Part shown: positions 35,598 to 44,964 of the stretch, in pieces
Layout: each line of letters opens with the position of its first letter
Numbering within the stretch: the first letter of the stretch is position 1
From: Spirochaetia bacterium
Lineage (GTDB): Bacteria; Spirochaetota; Spirochaetia; SZUA-6; Bin103
Reading direction: 5' to 3'
NCBI GenBank assembly: GCA_965199955.1
Contig: CBDATQ010000001.1
Span: 1,419,897-1,483,896, forward strand
DNA length: 64,000 nt
The notes under the pieces: generated by a model
The model's database searches: none
What the model was told of the DNA's origin: nothing
The model's input: only the letters and a program-made list of their open reading frames with translations
Position numbers and translations under genes: made by a program

Positions 35598-37057
35598 GCG
35601 CTCCGGCCCGCCCCAACCTCGTCCTGATCTCGGCCGACCAGTGGCGCGGCGACGTGCTCGGTGTCGCCGGCGACCCGGTGATCCACACGCCCGGCATCGA
35701 TGCCATGGCCGCCAGCGGCCACTACTTCCCGCGCGCGGTCACCGAGCTGCCGTCGTGCGTGGGCGCGCGCCGCACGCTGTTCAGCGGGCAGTGGCCGGTG
35801 ACGCACGGCATGACCGGCTTCGACGACCTGGAGCCGTGGCCGGAGCCCGACACCCTGTGCCGGGTCTTTCAGCGCAACGGCTACCGGACCTACGGCATCG
35901 GCAAGCGCCATGTCTATCCGCAGGACGCCCGCCACGGCTTCGACCTGCTGCGCACCCACGAGGAAGGCCGCTTCCTGAGCCCCGGCTACCGCGACGACTA
36001 CCTGTCCATGCTCGCCGAGGCGGGGTGGGGGGACTTCGGCCTGTTCGGCGCCGGGGTGACCAACAACAGCTACCACGGCCGCGCGAGCGTGCTGCCGCCG
36101 GAGCTGCACGTCACCACCTGGACCGCCACCGAGGCGATCCGGGTGATGGAGGACCACGTCAGGACCTGGGGCCGCGACCAGCCGTTCTTCCTGTACGTCT
36201 CCTTCAGCAAACCGCACCCGCCGTGGGACCCGCCGGCGCACTTCTTCGACCACTACTACGGCGACCCCGATCTGCCGATGCCCGTGATCGGGGATGCCGC
36301 CGGCTACGTCATCTCGCCCAGTCCGTTCGTGGCCGGCACGCGCGGGCCGCTCCCGGAGGGCGAGGTCTGTCAGCTCAAGGCCAGGGACATGCGCCGCGCG
36401 CGCGCCGCCTACTACGGCCTGATCGACCAGATCGACGCGCAGATCACCCGCCTGGCCTACCACCTGTGGCGCTCCCTGATGGTGCGCAACACCGTCTTCG
36501 CCTTCGTCGCCGACCACGGCGAGATGCTCGGCGATCACCACTGGTGGGCGAAGTCGGTGGGATACGAGGGCTCCATCCGCGTGCCGTTCGTCCTCAGCTT
36601 CCCTCAGGAGATGCCGCTGCCGACCAACCGCACCTATCCCGACGCGACCGTCGGGCTGGCCGACCTGATGCCCACTGTGCTGGACGCGTGCGGCCTGCCG
36701 ATCCCGGAGCGCTGCGACGGCGCGTCGCTGATGCCGCTGATTTCAGGCGAGGCGGACCGCCTCGACCGCGGCCATCTGCACGTCGAGCACCTGGAGTACG
36801 GCCACTTCCTGCTCGACCACACCGGGAAGTTCCTCTGGCACTACCGGATGGGCGTGAAGGAATACTACGACCTGCAGGACGACCCGAACGAGTGCCGCAA
36901 CCGCTACGGTGACGACCCGCGGGCGCCAAAGCTGGAGGAACGGCTGAAGGCGCTGCTGGTCGAACAGGGCCGCGAGGACGACTTCATGCGCGGGGGCGAG
37001 CTGGACGACGCGACCGCGCAGTCCCACATCCACGAGCCGCCCGCGTACGCGCGGTAG
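35594..37057 (+). CDS. sulfatase / alkaline-phosphatase-superfamily hydrolase with non-canonical active-site motif, cytoplasmic
   Basis: 487 aa; N-terminal LVLISADQWRGD and the sulfatase fold pattern; active-site segment SCVGARRTLFSG in place of canonical CxPxRxxxLTG; GTG start overlaps the ABC exporter stop (GTGA). Confidence 0.8.
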   Translation: MSAPARPNLVLISADQWRGDVLGVAGDPVIHTPGIDAMAASGHYFPRAVTELPSCVGARRTLFSGQWPVTHGMTGFDDLEPWPEPDTLCRVFQRNGYRTYGIGKRHVYPQDARHGFDLLRTHEEGRFLSPGYRDDYLSMLAEAGWGDFGLFGAGVTNNSYHGRASVLPPELHVTTWTATEAIRVMEDHVRTWGRDQPFFLYVSFSKPHPPWDPPAHFFDHYYGDPDLPMPVIGDAAGYVISPSPFVAGTRGPLPEGEVCQLKARDMRRARAAYYGLIDQIDAQITRLAYHLWRSLMVRNTVFAFVADHGEMLGDHHWWAKSVGYEGSIRVPFVLSFPQEMPLPTNRTYPDATVGLADLMPTVLDACGLPIPERCDGASLMPLISGEADRLDRGHLHVEHLEYGHFLLDHTGKFLWHYRMGVKEYYDLQDDPNECRNRYGDDPRAPKLEERLKALLVEQGREDDFMRGGELDDATAQSHIHEPPAYAR

Positions 37058-37081
37058 CCGGATTCGACGCAGGAGGTTTTC

Positions 37082-38452
37082 ATGACGCCGTTACCCACCA
37101 CCAACCAGGGTTGGCTCGAGCTTGGCAATCGGTATCTCCTTCGGCATCCGATGCGGACCGCTCCGCTGGTGCCCGAGCGTGGCGAGGGAATCTACCTGTG
37201 GGACGTGGAGGGCCGGCGGTTCATCGACTTTCAGTCCGGTCAGCTCTGCGTGACGCTCGGCCACTCCCACCCGGAGTACGTGCAGGCGCTGTGCGACCAG
37301 GCACGGAAGATCGTTCAGATCGGCAGCACCTTCATAGCGCCGTCAGAGGTGCTGTTGGCGAAGAAGATGGCCGACATCGCACCCGATCCGCTGCAGAAGT
37401 CCTTCTTCGCGTGTACCGGTTCCGAATCGAACGAGATGGCGCTGCGCCTGGTGAGGAAGTACACGGGACGCTTCGAGGTGATCGCGCTCATGCGCGGCTA
37501 CCACGGGCAGTCGTACGGGAGCGCATCCATCACCGGTCGGGGCGGCATGCTGCGCGAGGGATACGGCCCCATGCCCGCCGGCGCCGCGTTCGTTCCGCCG
37601 CCGTACGCCTATCGCTGCCAGTTCTGCCGCGATGAGGCCTGCTGCAACCTGGGCTGCGCCGACGCGGCCGAGTACGTCCTCGATACGGCGACCTCCGGCC
37701 GGCCGGCGGCGTTCTTCTTCGAGCCGTTGATGAGCGCGGCCGGACAGATCGTGCCCTCCAGGGAGTGGATACGGCGGATGGTCGAGGTCTGCCGGAGCCG
37801 GGACATACTGATGGTGGCGGACGAAGCGCTGACCTGCTTCGGCCGGACGGGCCGGTGGTTCGCCTTCGAGCACTTCGACTTCGTGCCCGACCTCGTCACC
37901 TGCTCAAAGGGGCTCGGCGGCGGCGTGCCCCTGTGCGCGGTCCTTACCAGCGCCGAGATCGCCGACGTGGCAGTGGAACGGGGGTTCATGCCGTTCTCGT
38001 CCCACGCCGGGGACCCGCTGCTCTGCGCCACCGGCCTGGCGAACCTGGAGATCGTCGAACGCGAAGATCTCGTGGAGAACGCCCGGCGGGTAGGCGGCTA
38101 CTTCATGGAAAAACTCAAGGCGCTGGAGAGAGAACTGGCCATCGTCGGCGAAGCCCGCGGCCTCGGCCTGTGTCTGGGCCTGGAGCTGGTGACCGACAAG
38201 GAGAGCCGGGAGCCCAACTTCGCTGCTGCCGCGATGGCGACGAACTACTGCTACGAGCACGGCCTGTGGCTGCCGATCGTGCCGATGGTGCAAGACGACA
38301 ACCCGCTGAGTCGGCGTTTCATGGAGATCTCGGGCTCCCACGTCCTGCGCTTCATGCCGCCGATCACCGTCACCGAGGCGCAGATCGACGAAGCGATGGA
38401 CATCATCGCGGCAAGCCTGCGGCTCGCGGAAGATGCATGCGCATCGGCGTAG
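37082..38452 (+). CDS. class-III (omega) aminotransferase, PLP-dependent
   Basis: 456 aa; aminotransferase class III pattern including CSKGLGGG with the PLP-lysine, and ADEALTCFGRTG. Confidence 0.85.
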   Translation: MTPLPTTNQGWLELGNRYLLRHPMRTAPLVPERGEGIYLWDVEGRRFIDFQSGQLCVTLGHSHPEYVQALCDQARKIVQIGSTFIAPSEVLLAKKMADIAPDPLQKSFFACTGSESNEMALRLVRKYTGRFEVIALMRGYHGQSYGSASITGRGGMLREGYGPMPAGAAFVPPPYAYRCQFCRDEACCNLGCADAAEYVLDTATSGRPAAFFFEPLMSAAGQIVPSREWIRRMVEVCRSRDILMVADEALTCFGRTGRWFAFEHFDFVPDLVTCSKGLGGGVPLCAVLTSAEIADVAVERGFMPFSSHAGDPLLCATGLANLEIVEREDLVENARRVGGYFMEKLKALERELAIVGEARGLGLCLGLELVTDKESREPNFAAAAMATNYCYEHGLWLPIVPMVQDDNPLSRRFMEISGSHVLRFMPPITVTEAQIDEAMDIIAASLRLAEDACASA

Positions 38453-40464
38453 ATTCCGGCGGCACGTTCACGGACGTGGTCGCCTTCGACCCGGAACGCG
38501 GCCGCCTGGTGTTCCACAAGGTCGCCTCGACGCCGGACGACCCGGCGGCGGGCATCGTCAGCGGCGCGCTGGGAGCCGCCGAGCGGGCGGAGGCGCAGCC
38601 GGTCGACGTGGCGATGCTCATCCACGGCACGACGGTCGCCACCAACCAGGTGCTGCAGCGCGCCGGGGCGCTGGTCGCGCTGATCACCACCGCCGGGTTC
38701 CGGGACGTACTGCACATCCAGCGCCAGTCGCGGCCGCGCATGTACGACCTGCGCTCACGCCGGACCGCTCCGTTGGTGCCGCGCGAGCTGCGCTTCGAGG
38801 TGCGCGAGCGCATGCGCTTCGACGGCACCGTTCAGACCCCCCTGGACCGCGCGGGGCTGGCCGCCGTGATCGACGCCATCCGCGATGCGGGCGTGCAGGC
38901 GGTCGCCGTGGGGCTGCTACACAGCTACGCCAATCCCGGCCACGAGCGGGAGATAGGCGAGGAGGTGGCGCGCCGGCTGCCGGGGGTCGCCGTCAGCCTG
39001 TCGCACGAGCTGATGGGCGAGCACGGCGAGTACGAGCGGTTCAGCACCTGCGTGATGAACGCATTCGTGCAGCCGGGGATCGAGCGCTACGTTACTCGGC
39101 TCGGCGCGGGGCTGCGCGAGGCCGGCTTCACGGCGCCGCTGTACGTGATGAAGTCCAACGGCGGCGTCATGACCGCCGCTTCCGCCGCGCGCCGCTGCGT
39201 GGAGACGGTGCTCTCCGGGCCGGCCGGCGGCGTGGTCGCGGGCGCCGCGGTGGCGCGGGCGCGCGGCGCCGCCGACCTGATCACCTGCGACATGGGCGGC
39301 ACCAGCTTCGACGTCGGCGTCATCCAGGACGGCGACATCCCGTTCGCCCGCGACACGGAGATGGGCGGCCTTGCCCTTGGCGTGCCGATGCTGGACCTGC
39401 ACACCGTGGGCGCCGGCGGCGGCAGCATCGCCTGGCTGGACGCCGGCAACGCCCTGCGCGTGGGGCCGCGCTCGGCCGGCGCCGTGCCCGGGCCGGCCTG
39501 CTACGGGACCGGCGGCAGCGAGCCGACGGTCACCGACGCCGACCTGGTGCTGGGCCGGCTGGGGACCCGGACGCTGCTGGGCGGCGGCATGACCCTGGAC
39601 CGGGAGGCGGCCGAGCGGGCGATTCACGACCGCATCGCCGCGCCGCTCGGACTGGGCGTCGCCGAGGCGGCCGAGGGGATCGTGCGCGTGATCAACGCCA
39701 CCATGACCGCCGCGATCCGCAAGCTGACCATCGAGCGCGGCCACGATCCCCGCCGGTTCGCGCTCTGCCCGTTCGGCGGCGCCGGCCCCATGCACGGCGC
39801 GGAGCTGGCCGCCGAGCTGGGGGTCGCGGAGACCGTGATCCCGGTCGCCCCCGGCGTGCACTCCGCGCTCGGGCTGCTGATGACCAATCTGCGCGAGGAC
39901 CGCACCCGCACGCTGGTGCGGCGGCTGGACGCCGCGGCCGTGGAGGAGCTGAGCGCCGTGCTGGGCGACCTGGAAACGGAGGGACGCGCGCAACTCCGCG
40001 CGCACGACGGAGTCGCTCCGGCCGTCAGCCGCGCGGTCGGTCAGCGCTACCTGGGCCAGCGTTACGAGCTGTCGGTGCCAGTCGGCGCCGAGCTGCCGCC
40101 GCTTGCGGAGCTCGGCGACCGGTTCCACGACCTGCACGACCGGCGCTACGGCTACCGGCGCGAAGACCATCCGGTGGAGGTGGCCAGCGCCTGGGTGGCG
40201 GTCGAGCACGACCTGCATCCCCTGGAGATGCCCGAGGCGCAGGCGGCTGCCGGGGAGCCCGCGCCCCGCCTGATGCGGGAGGCTCGCTTCAACGGCGTCG
40301 AGCAGGAGGTGCCGGTGTTCGCTCGCGCGGACCTTGGAGCCGGCTGCATCGTGCGCGGGCCGGCGGTCGTGGAGCAACTCGACGCCGCCTCCGTCATTCC
40401 CCCGGCGCACCGGCTGGAGGTGGATCGCTTCGGCCACCTGGTGGTATCACGCACCGATGGCTGA
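38437..40464 (+). CDS. hydantoinase/oxoprolinase/lactamase family, A subunit (HyuA-like, ATP-dependent)
   Basis: 675 aa from MRIGVDSGGTFTDVV (ASKHA-type N-terminus of HyuA/OplA); the 5' part of the long ORF is a shadow. Confidence 0.85.
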   Translation: MRIGVDSGGTFTDVVAFDPERGRLVFHKVASTPDDPAAGIVSGALGAAERAEAQPVDVAMLIHGTTVATNQVLQRAGALVALITTAGFRDVLHIQRQSRPRMYDLRSRRTAPLVPRELRFEVRERMRFDGTVQTPLDRAGLAAVIDAIRDAGVQAVAVGLLHSYANPGHEREIGEEVARRLPGVAVSLSHELMGEHGEYERFSTCVMNAFVQPGIERYVTRLGAGLREAGFTAPLYVMKSNGGVMTAASAARRCVETVLSGPAGGVVAGAAVARARGAADLITCDMGGTSFDVGVIQDGDIPFARDTEMGGLALGVPMLDLHTVGAGGGSIAWLDAGNALRVGPRSAGAVPGPACYGTGGSEPTVTDADLVLGRLGTRTLLGGGMTLDREAAERAIHDRIAAPLGLGVAEAAEGIVRVINATMTAAIRKLTIERGHDPRRFALCPFGGAGPMHGAELAAELGVAETVIPVAPGVHSALGLLMTNLREDRTRTLVRRLDAAAVEELSAVLGDLETEGRAQLRAHDGVAPAVSRAVGQRYLGQRYELSVPVGAELPPLAELGDRFHDLHDRRYGYRREDHPVEVASAWVAVEHDLHPLEMPEAQAAAGEPAPRLMREARFNGVEQEVPVFARADLGAGCIVRGPAVVEQLDAASVIPPAHRLEVDRFGHLVVSRTDG

Positions 40465-42154
40465 CGGAGCCGCGATCGATCCCATCACGCTCGAGATCAT
40501 GCGCAACCGCTGGCTGGGAATCGCCGAGGAGTGTTGCGCCGCCCTGGTGCGCGCCAGCTACTCCACCAACATCAAGGACCGCCGTGACTGCTCGGTGGCG
40601 CTGGCCACGCCCGACGGGGTGATCGTCGCCCAGGCGGAGGTGGGCACGCCCCTCCACCTGGGCATCATGCCGGGCGTCCTGGGCGCGATCCTGGCCGAGT
40701 TTCCTCCGAAGGGGATGCAGCCCGGCGACATGTATGCCAGCAACCTGCCCTATCCCGAGGGGCCGGGCCACCTGCCGGACCTGTCGCTGGTGGCGCCCGT
40801 CTTCCACGGGGGCGAGCTGGTCGCACTTTCGGCGTCCACCGCCCACCACGTGGACATGGGCGGCTACGCGCCGGGCAGCATGCCGTTCGGGGTGACCGAG
40901 ATCTACCAGGAGGGGCTGCAGATCCCGCCGATCGCGCTGGTGCGCGGCGGCGAGCTGCAGGAGCCGATCCTGCGGCTGATCGAGCAGAACGTCCGCACCC
41001 GCATCGAGGTGCGCGGCGACCTGATGGCCCAGTACGCCACCGCCCGCACCGCGGAGCGGCGGGTGGCCGAGCTGCTGGACGCAGGCGACGGCCGGCTGGC
41101 GCTCGACGCCATCCCCGCCATCCTCGATCACGCCGAGGCGTGCATGCGCGCCGGCATCCGCGGGCTGCCTGACGGGGTGTACCGGTTCCGCGACTACCTG
41201 GACGACGACGGCTTCACCGACGACCCGGTACGCATCGCCGTCGAGATCCGCGTCGCTGGTGACGAGTTGTCCGTCGACTTCGACGGAACCAGCGCCCAGG
41301 TGGCCGGCCCCCTGAACGCGCGGCTGAGCGCCGCGCGCGCGGCGGTCTACTACACCTGCAAGGCCGTGATCGACCCCGACCTGCCCACCTCGGCCGGAGC
41401 CTACCGCCCCATACACGTCAGCGCTCCGGAAGGGACGGTCATGAACGCCACCTTCCCGGCGGCCATCGGCAACGCCAACATCCTCACCGACCAGCGTGTG
41501 GTCGACGTGCTGATGGGGGCGCTGGCGCAGTGCGTGCCGGAGCGGGTGTGCGCCGCCTGTTCGGGAGAGATGAACCTGCTCAACATCGGGGGCGTCGACG
41601 ACCGTCCCGACGCCCTCGACTCCTACTACAACTACGTGGAGACCTACGCTGGCGGGCAGGGAGCGATGCACGACCTGGACGGCGAGGACGGCGTGCACAC
41701 CCATCTGACCAACACCCGCAACGCCCCGGTGGAGGTGATCGAGCGCACCTACCCGCTGGAGGTGGTGCGCTACGGGCTTGTCCCCGACACCGAGGGCGCG
41801 GGCCGCCGGCGCGGCGGCTGCGGCATGGTGCGCGAGCTGCGCTCCCTGGGCGAGCGCACGGTGGTCACCATCGGCGCCGACCGCCGCCGCTTCACGCCCT
41901 GGGGGTTGGACGGCGGGAAGAATGCTACGGGCTCGATGCTCACCGTGACCGCCGCCGACGGCACGGTGCGCGTGCTGCCGACCAAAGCGTTCGTGGAGCT
42001 TCAGCGCGGCGACGTGCTCACTGTCCAGACGCCGGGCGGCGGCGGCTGGGGCGCGCCGGCGGACCGTGAGCCCGACCGGCTGGATCGGGACGTAAGCTCC
42101 GGCCTGATCAGCCCGGAGCGGGCGCGTGAGGTGTACGGCAGCGACGGTCCCTGA
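40457..42154 (+). CDS. hydantoinase/oxoprolinase/lactamase family, B subunit (HyuB-like)
   Basis: 565 aa from MADGAAIDPITLEIMRNRW (canonical HyuB N-terminus); 8-nt overlap with the A subunit. Confidence 0.85.
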   Translation: MADGAAIDPITLEIMRNRWLGIAEECCAALVRASYSTNIKDRRDCSVALATPDGVIVAQAEVGTPLHLGIMPGVLGAILAEFPPKGMQPGDMYASNLPYPEGPGHLPDLSLVAPVFHGGELVALSASTAHHVDMGGYAPGSMPFGVTEIYQEGLQIPPIALVRGGELQEPILRLIEQNVRTRIEVRGDLMAQYATARTAERRVAELLDAGDGRLALDAIPAILDHAEACMRAGIRGLPDGVYRFRDYLDDDGFTDDPVRIAVEIRVAGDELSVDFDGTSAQVAGPLNARLSAARAAVYYTCKAVIDPDLPTSAGAYRPIHVSAPEGTVMNATFPAAIGNANILTDQRVVDVLMGALAQCVPERVCAACSGEMNLLNIGGVDDRPDALDSYYNYVETYAGGQGAMHDLDGEDGVHTHLTNTRNAPVEVIERTYPLEVVRYGLVPDTEGAGRRRGGCGMVRELRSLGERTVVTIGADRRRFTPWGLDGGKNATGSMLTVTAADGTVRVLPTKAFVELQRGDVLTVQTPGGGGWGAPADREPDRLDRDVSSGLISPERAREVYGSDGP

Positions 42155-42525
42155 GAGCGCGTCCCGCCATATCGGCAGTTGTCGGAACTCGGGTTGGCCC
42201 AGTGGCTGGAAATCGCGACGAGCGGGGACATAACGACTGCACAATACTCGCGGGGAGGAGAAATCGGGCACTCTTGCAGATCCACCAACGCCGGCGCTGG
42301 CGGTGAAAGGTTGGCGTTCCGCACGCCGGCGGATCCAGGGTCTGTCCCGACCGAGGGTGGGAGCTGTCGCCACGATCGGCCGGAGCCAGTAGCGGCGTCG
42401 CGCGTCCGTGATCGGCTCGAACGGCCTGAGAGGGGCGGCAGGGGCAGCGCTTGACGGAGCACAGAGAAGCGGACATTTGCGCCCGGAGCGGCCCCTGTCA
42501 TATCATCGCGGTCTCTCCTGCACCG

Positions 42526-43233
42526 ATGCCGCTAACCTACTATATCCACGCACGCCGCGACGAGCCCAAGGTTGCGCTGACCTTCGACGACGGGCCGAAC
42601 CCGCCCCGCACCGACGAGATCATGGACATCCTGGAGGCGAAGGGAGCCCGCGGCACGTTCTTCGTGCTCGGCAAGTGGGTCGAGCGGTGGCCGCAGGCGT
42701 TCGAGCGGATCGTGCGGCGCGGCCACTGCATCGGCAACCACAGCCACGTCCACCACGCACACGTCGGCGACTTCGACCGCGCCGAGGCCGTGATCGGCAA
42801 CATCCTGGGCCGCCCCACGCGGTTCTTGCGCGCCCACTACTTCAACTACTTCACCTGCCTGTACTCGCCGCTTGCGATGTCCGAGTCGATGGCGATCGTC
42901 GACTCGGACGTCAACCCGGCCGACTACGCCAAGACCGATCCGCAGGAGATCGTCGAAGCCACGCTGCAGCACCCGTCGCTCGCCGCCGGGTCGATCATCG
43001 ACCTGCACGACAGCGGCGAGACGGACGACGACGGGCTGCGCCTGGCACGGCCGCTGCCGCTGATTGCGGCTCTGCCGACGATCATCGACGGCCTGCAGGC
43101 GCAGGGCTTCCAGCTCGTCGGCCTGGACCAGATGACCCTGGTCGACCCGGTCGAGTGGCAGCCGGACGACCGCGCGACCTACGCGTCGCCGGAGGCGCGC
43201 GCCGCGGTGTACGAGCTCGGCCGGCAGCGATGA
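42526..43233 (+). CDS. polysaccharide deacetylase (NodB-homology domain, CE4-like)
   Basis: NodB motifs ALTFDDGP and HSHVHH; start chosen at MPLTYY (the ORF could begin at 42451). Confidence 0.75.
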   Translation: MPLTYYIHARRDEPKVALTFDDGPNPPRTDEIMDILEAKGARGTFFVLGKWVERWPQAFERIVRRGHCIGNHSHVHHAHVGDFDRAEAVIGNILGRPTRFLRAHYFNYFTCLYSPLAMSESMAIVDSDVNPADYAKTDPQEIVEATLQHPSLAAGSIIDLHDSGETDDDGLRLARPLPLIAALPTIIDGLQAQGFQLVGLDQMTLVDPVEWQPDDRATYASPEARAAVYELGRQR

Positions 43234-43287
43234 ACCTCGCCTTCAACATCTGCTCATCAATCCTTGTTCACGAAGGAGGAGACTAGA

Positions 43288-44868
43288 GTGAACATCCGTA
43301 TCAGACCTGTGTTCCTGGCCGTGCTGGCGGTCGCGCTGGTGCTCGGCGGCGGCGCGGCCGTGGCGTACGACGACGTCCTGGTGATCGCGATATCGGGCGA
43401 CATCGAGACGCTCGACCCGCCGTTCTCGCGCTTTCAGCGCTCGAACGAGACCAACCTGAACGTCTACGACCAGTTCTTCCGCTACGGGCGGCGCGACACC
43501 GGTCAGGGCTACAGCATCGCCGACACCGGCACCATCGAAGGCGCAGCCATCGAGTCGTGGGAGTGGTCGGACGACGGGCTGTCGATCGTGCTCGACATCC
43601 GGCAGGGCGTGACCTTTTCCAAGACCGGCCGCGAGCTGACCGCCGACGACTTCATCTACTGGTTCGACCGGGCGCACGGAACGGAGTCCGGCACCGCCTG
43701 GAACGTCAACACCGCCGGCATCACCGCGTACGAGAAGACCGGCGACCACCAGGTGACGCTGCAGTTCTCGAATCCCAGCCCATGGTTCTTCTTCCTGTTC
43801 CGCGACCAGTCGCAGGGGCCGATGGACCACGTCGAGGCGCAGGCGCACGTCGAGTCCGACGATCCGTGGGCGACGCGCTGGCTGGCCAAGAACGACGTCG
43901 GCTCCGGCGAGTACTACGTCGAGAGCTGGGAGGCCGGCGTGCAGATGGTGCTGCGCGCCAATCCCGACTACTGGGCCGGGCCGGCCTTCTTCGAAGAGAT
44001 CATCCTGCAGATCGTCCCCAACTCGGCCGATCGCGCGCTGCTGCTGCGCGAAGGAGAGGTGGACATCGCCACCGGGCTCTCCACGGACGAGCTTTCTGCC
44101 CTGCGCGACTCCGACGGCGTCAAGGTGCTGTCGATTCCGACGCGCAACCAGATGATCTTCGGCTTCAACGTGCAGCGTGCGCCGTTCGACGACGAGCGCG
44201 TACGCCAGGCGCTGTCCTACGCGGTGCCGTACGAGGCGATCGCGCAGGGGATCTTCGGCGGCAACGCTCTGGTGTCGGCCGGTCCGATACCGGTCGGCGG
44301 GCAGTATCACGACAGCAGCCTGTGGCCGTACAGCTTTGATCTGGACAAGGCGTCGGCCCTGCTGGCCGAGGCCGGCTACGGCGACGGGTTCGAGTTCACC
44401 CTGGACATCGCCTCCGGCCTGCCCACCACGGAGCAGATCGCGGTCGTCCTGCAGGACGCGTTCAAGGACGTCGGCGTGACCATGAACATCAACCCGCAGC
44501 CCGCCGCGGTGTTCGCGGAGCAACTCGGCACGCTGGAGCATCACGCCTGGATGCGTGACCTGCTGTGGTACGTGGACGACGCCGGCTATACCGGCGACCT
44601 GTTCTTCCGTACCGGCGCGGTCGCCAACTGGATGGGCTACAGCGACACGGAGCTGGATCCCATCATCGACGAGCTGACCGTCACGCTCGACCCCGGGCGC
44701 AAGGCGGAGCTGACGCATCGCTACCAGGAGATCCTGATCGCGGCGGCGCCGGCTCTCTACGTCTCGGAGATGCCGTTCGAGATCGCGATGCGCGACGATA
44801 TTCACGGCTACGTGCAGCTCCCCGACAATCTGCTGTGGTACTGGCCGCTGTACCGCGACGACGGCTGA
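43288..44868 (+). CDS. ABC transporter solute-binding protein, family 5 (peptide/nickel/oligosaccharide type)
   Basis: signal peptide VNIRIRPVFLAVLAVALVLGGGAAVA after a GTG start with SD GGAGGAG; family-5 length and composition. Confidence 0.85.
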   Translation: MNIRIRPVFLAVLAVALVLGGGAAVAYDDVLVIAISGDIETLDPPFSRFQRSNETNLNVYDQFFRYGRRDTGQGYSIADTGTIEGAAIESWEWSDDGLSIVLDIRQGVTFSKTGRELTADDFIYWFDRAHGTESGTAWNVNTAGITAYEKTGDHQVTLQFSNPSPWFFFLFRDQSQGPMDHVEAQAHVESDDPWATRWLAKNDVGSGEYYVESWEAGVQMVLRANPDYWAGPAFFEEIILQIVPNSADRALLLREGEVDIATGLSTDELSALRDSDGVKVLSIPTRNQMIFGFNVQRAPFDDERVRQALSYAVPYEAIAQGIFGGNALVSAGPIPVGGQYHDSSLWPYSFDLDKASALLAEAGYGDGFEFTLDIASGLPTTEQIAVVLQDAFKDVGVTMNINPQPAAVFAEQLGTLEHHAWMRDLLWYVDDAGYTGDLFFRTGAVANWMGYSDTELDPIIDELTVTLDPGRKAELTHRYQEILIAAAPALYVSEMPFEIAMRDDIHGYVQLPDNLLWYWPLYRDDG

Positions 44869-44964
44869 TCACCGAGCCGCTCTCTTTCCGTGTGCGGGGT
44901 GCGGGCGCCGAGCGCTCGTCACCCCGCTCATCTTTCGGTGGCTTTCGTGAGCGCGCCCTGACCG

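Noticed and set aside
37765-38436. 5' extension of the 899-aa ORF ending at 40464
   Set aside because: This shadow frame overlies the aminotransferase gene. HyuA clearly begins at MRIGVDSGGTFTD (38437).
42155-42525. Known riboswitch (SAM, TPP, cobalamin, glycine, ykkC) in the long leader
   Set aside because: No consensus core elements of those families are visible. It is kept only as an unclassified leader in the findings.
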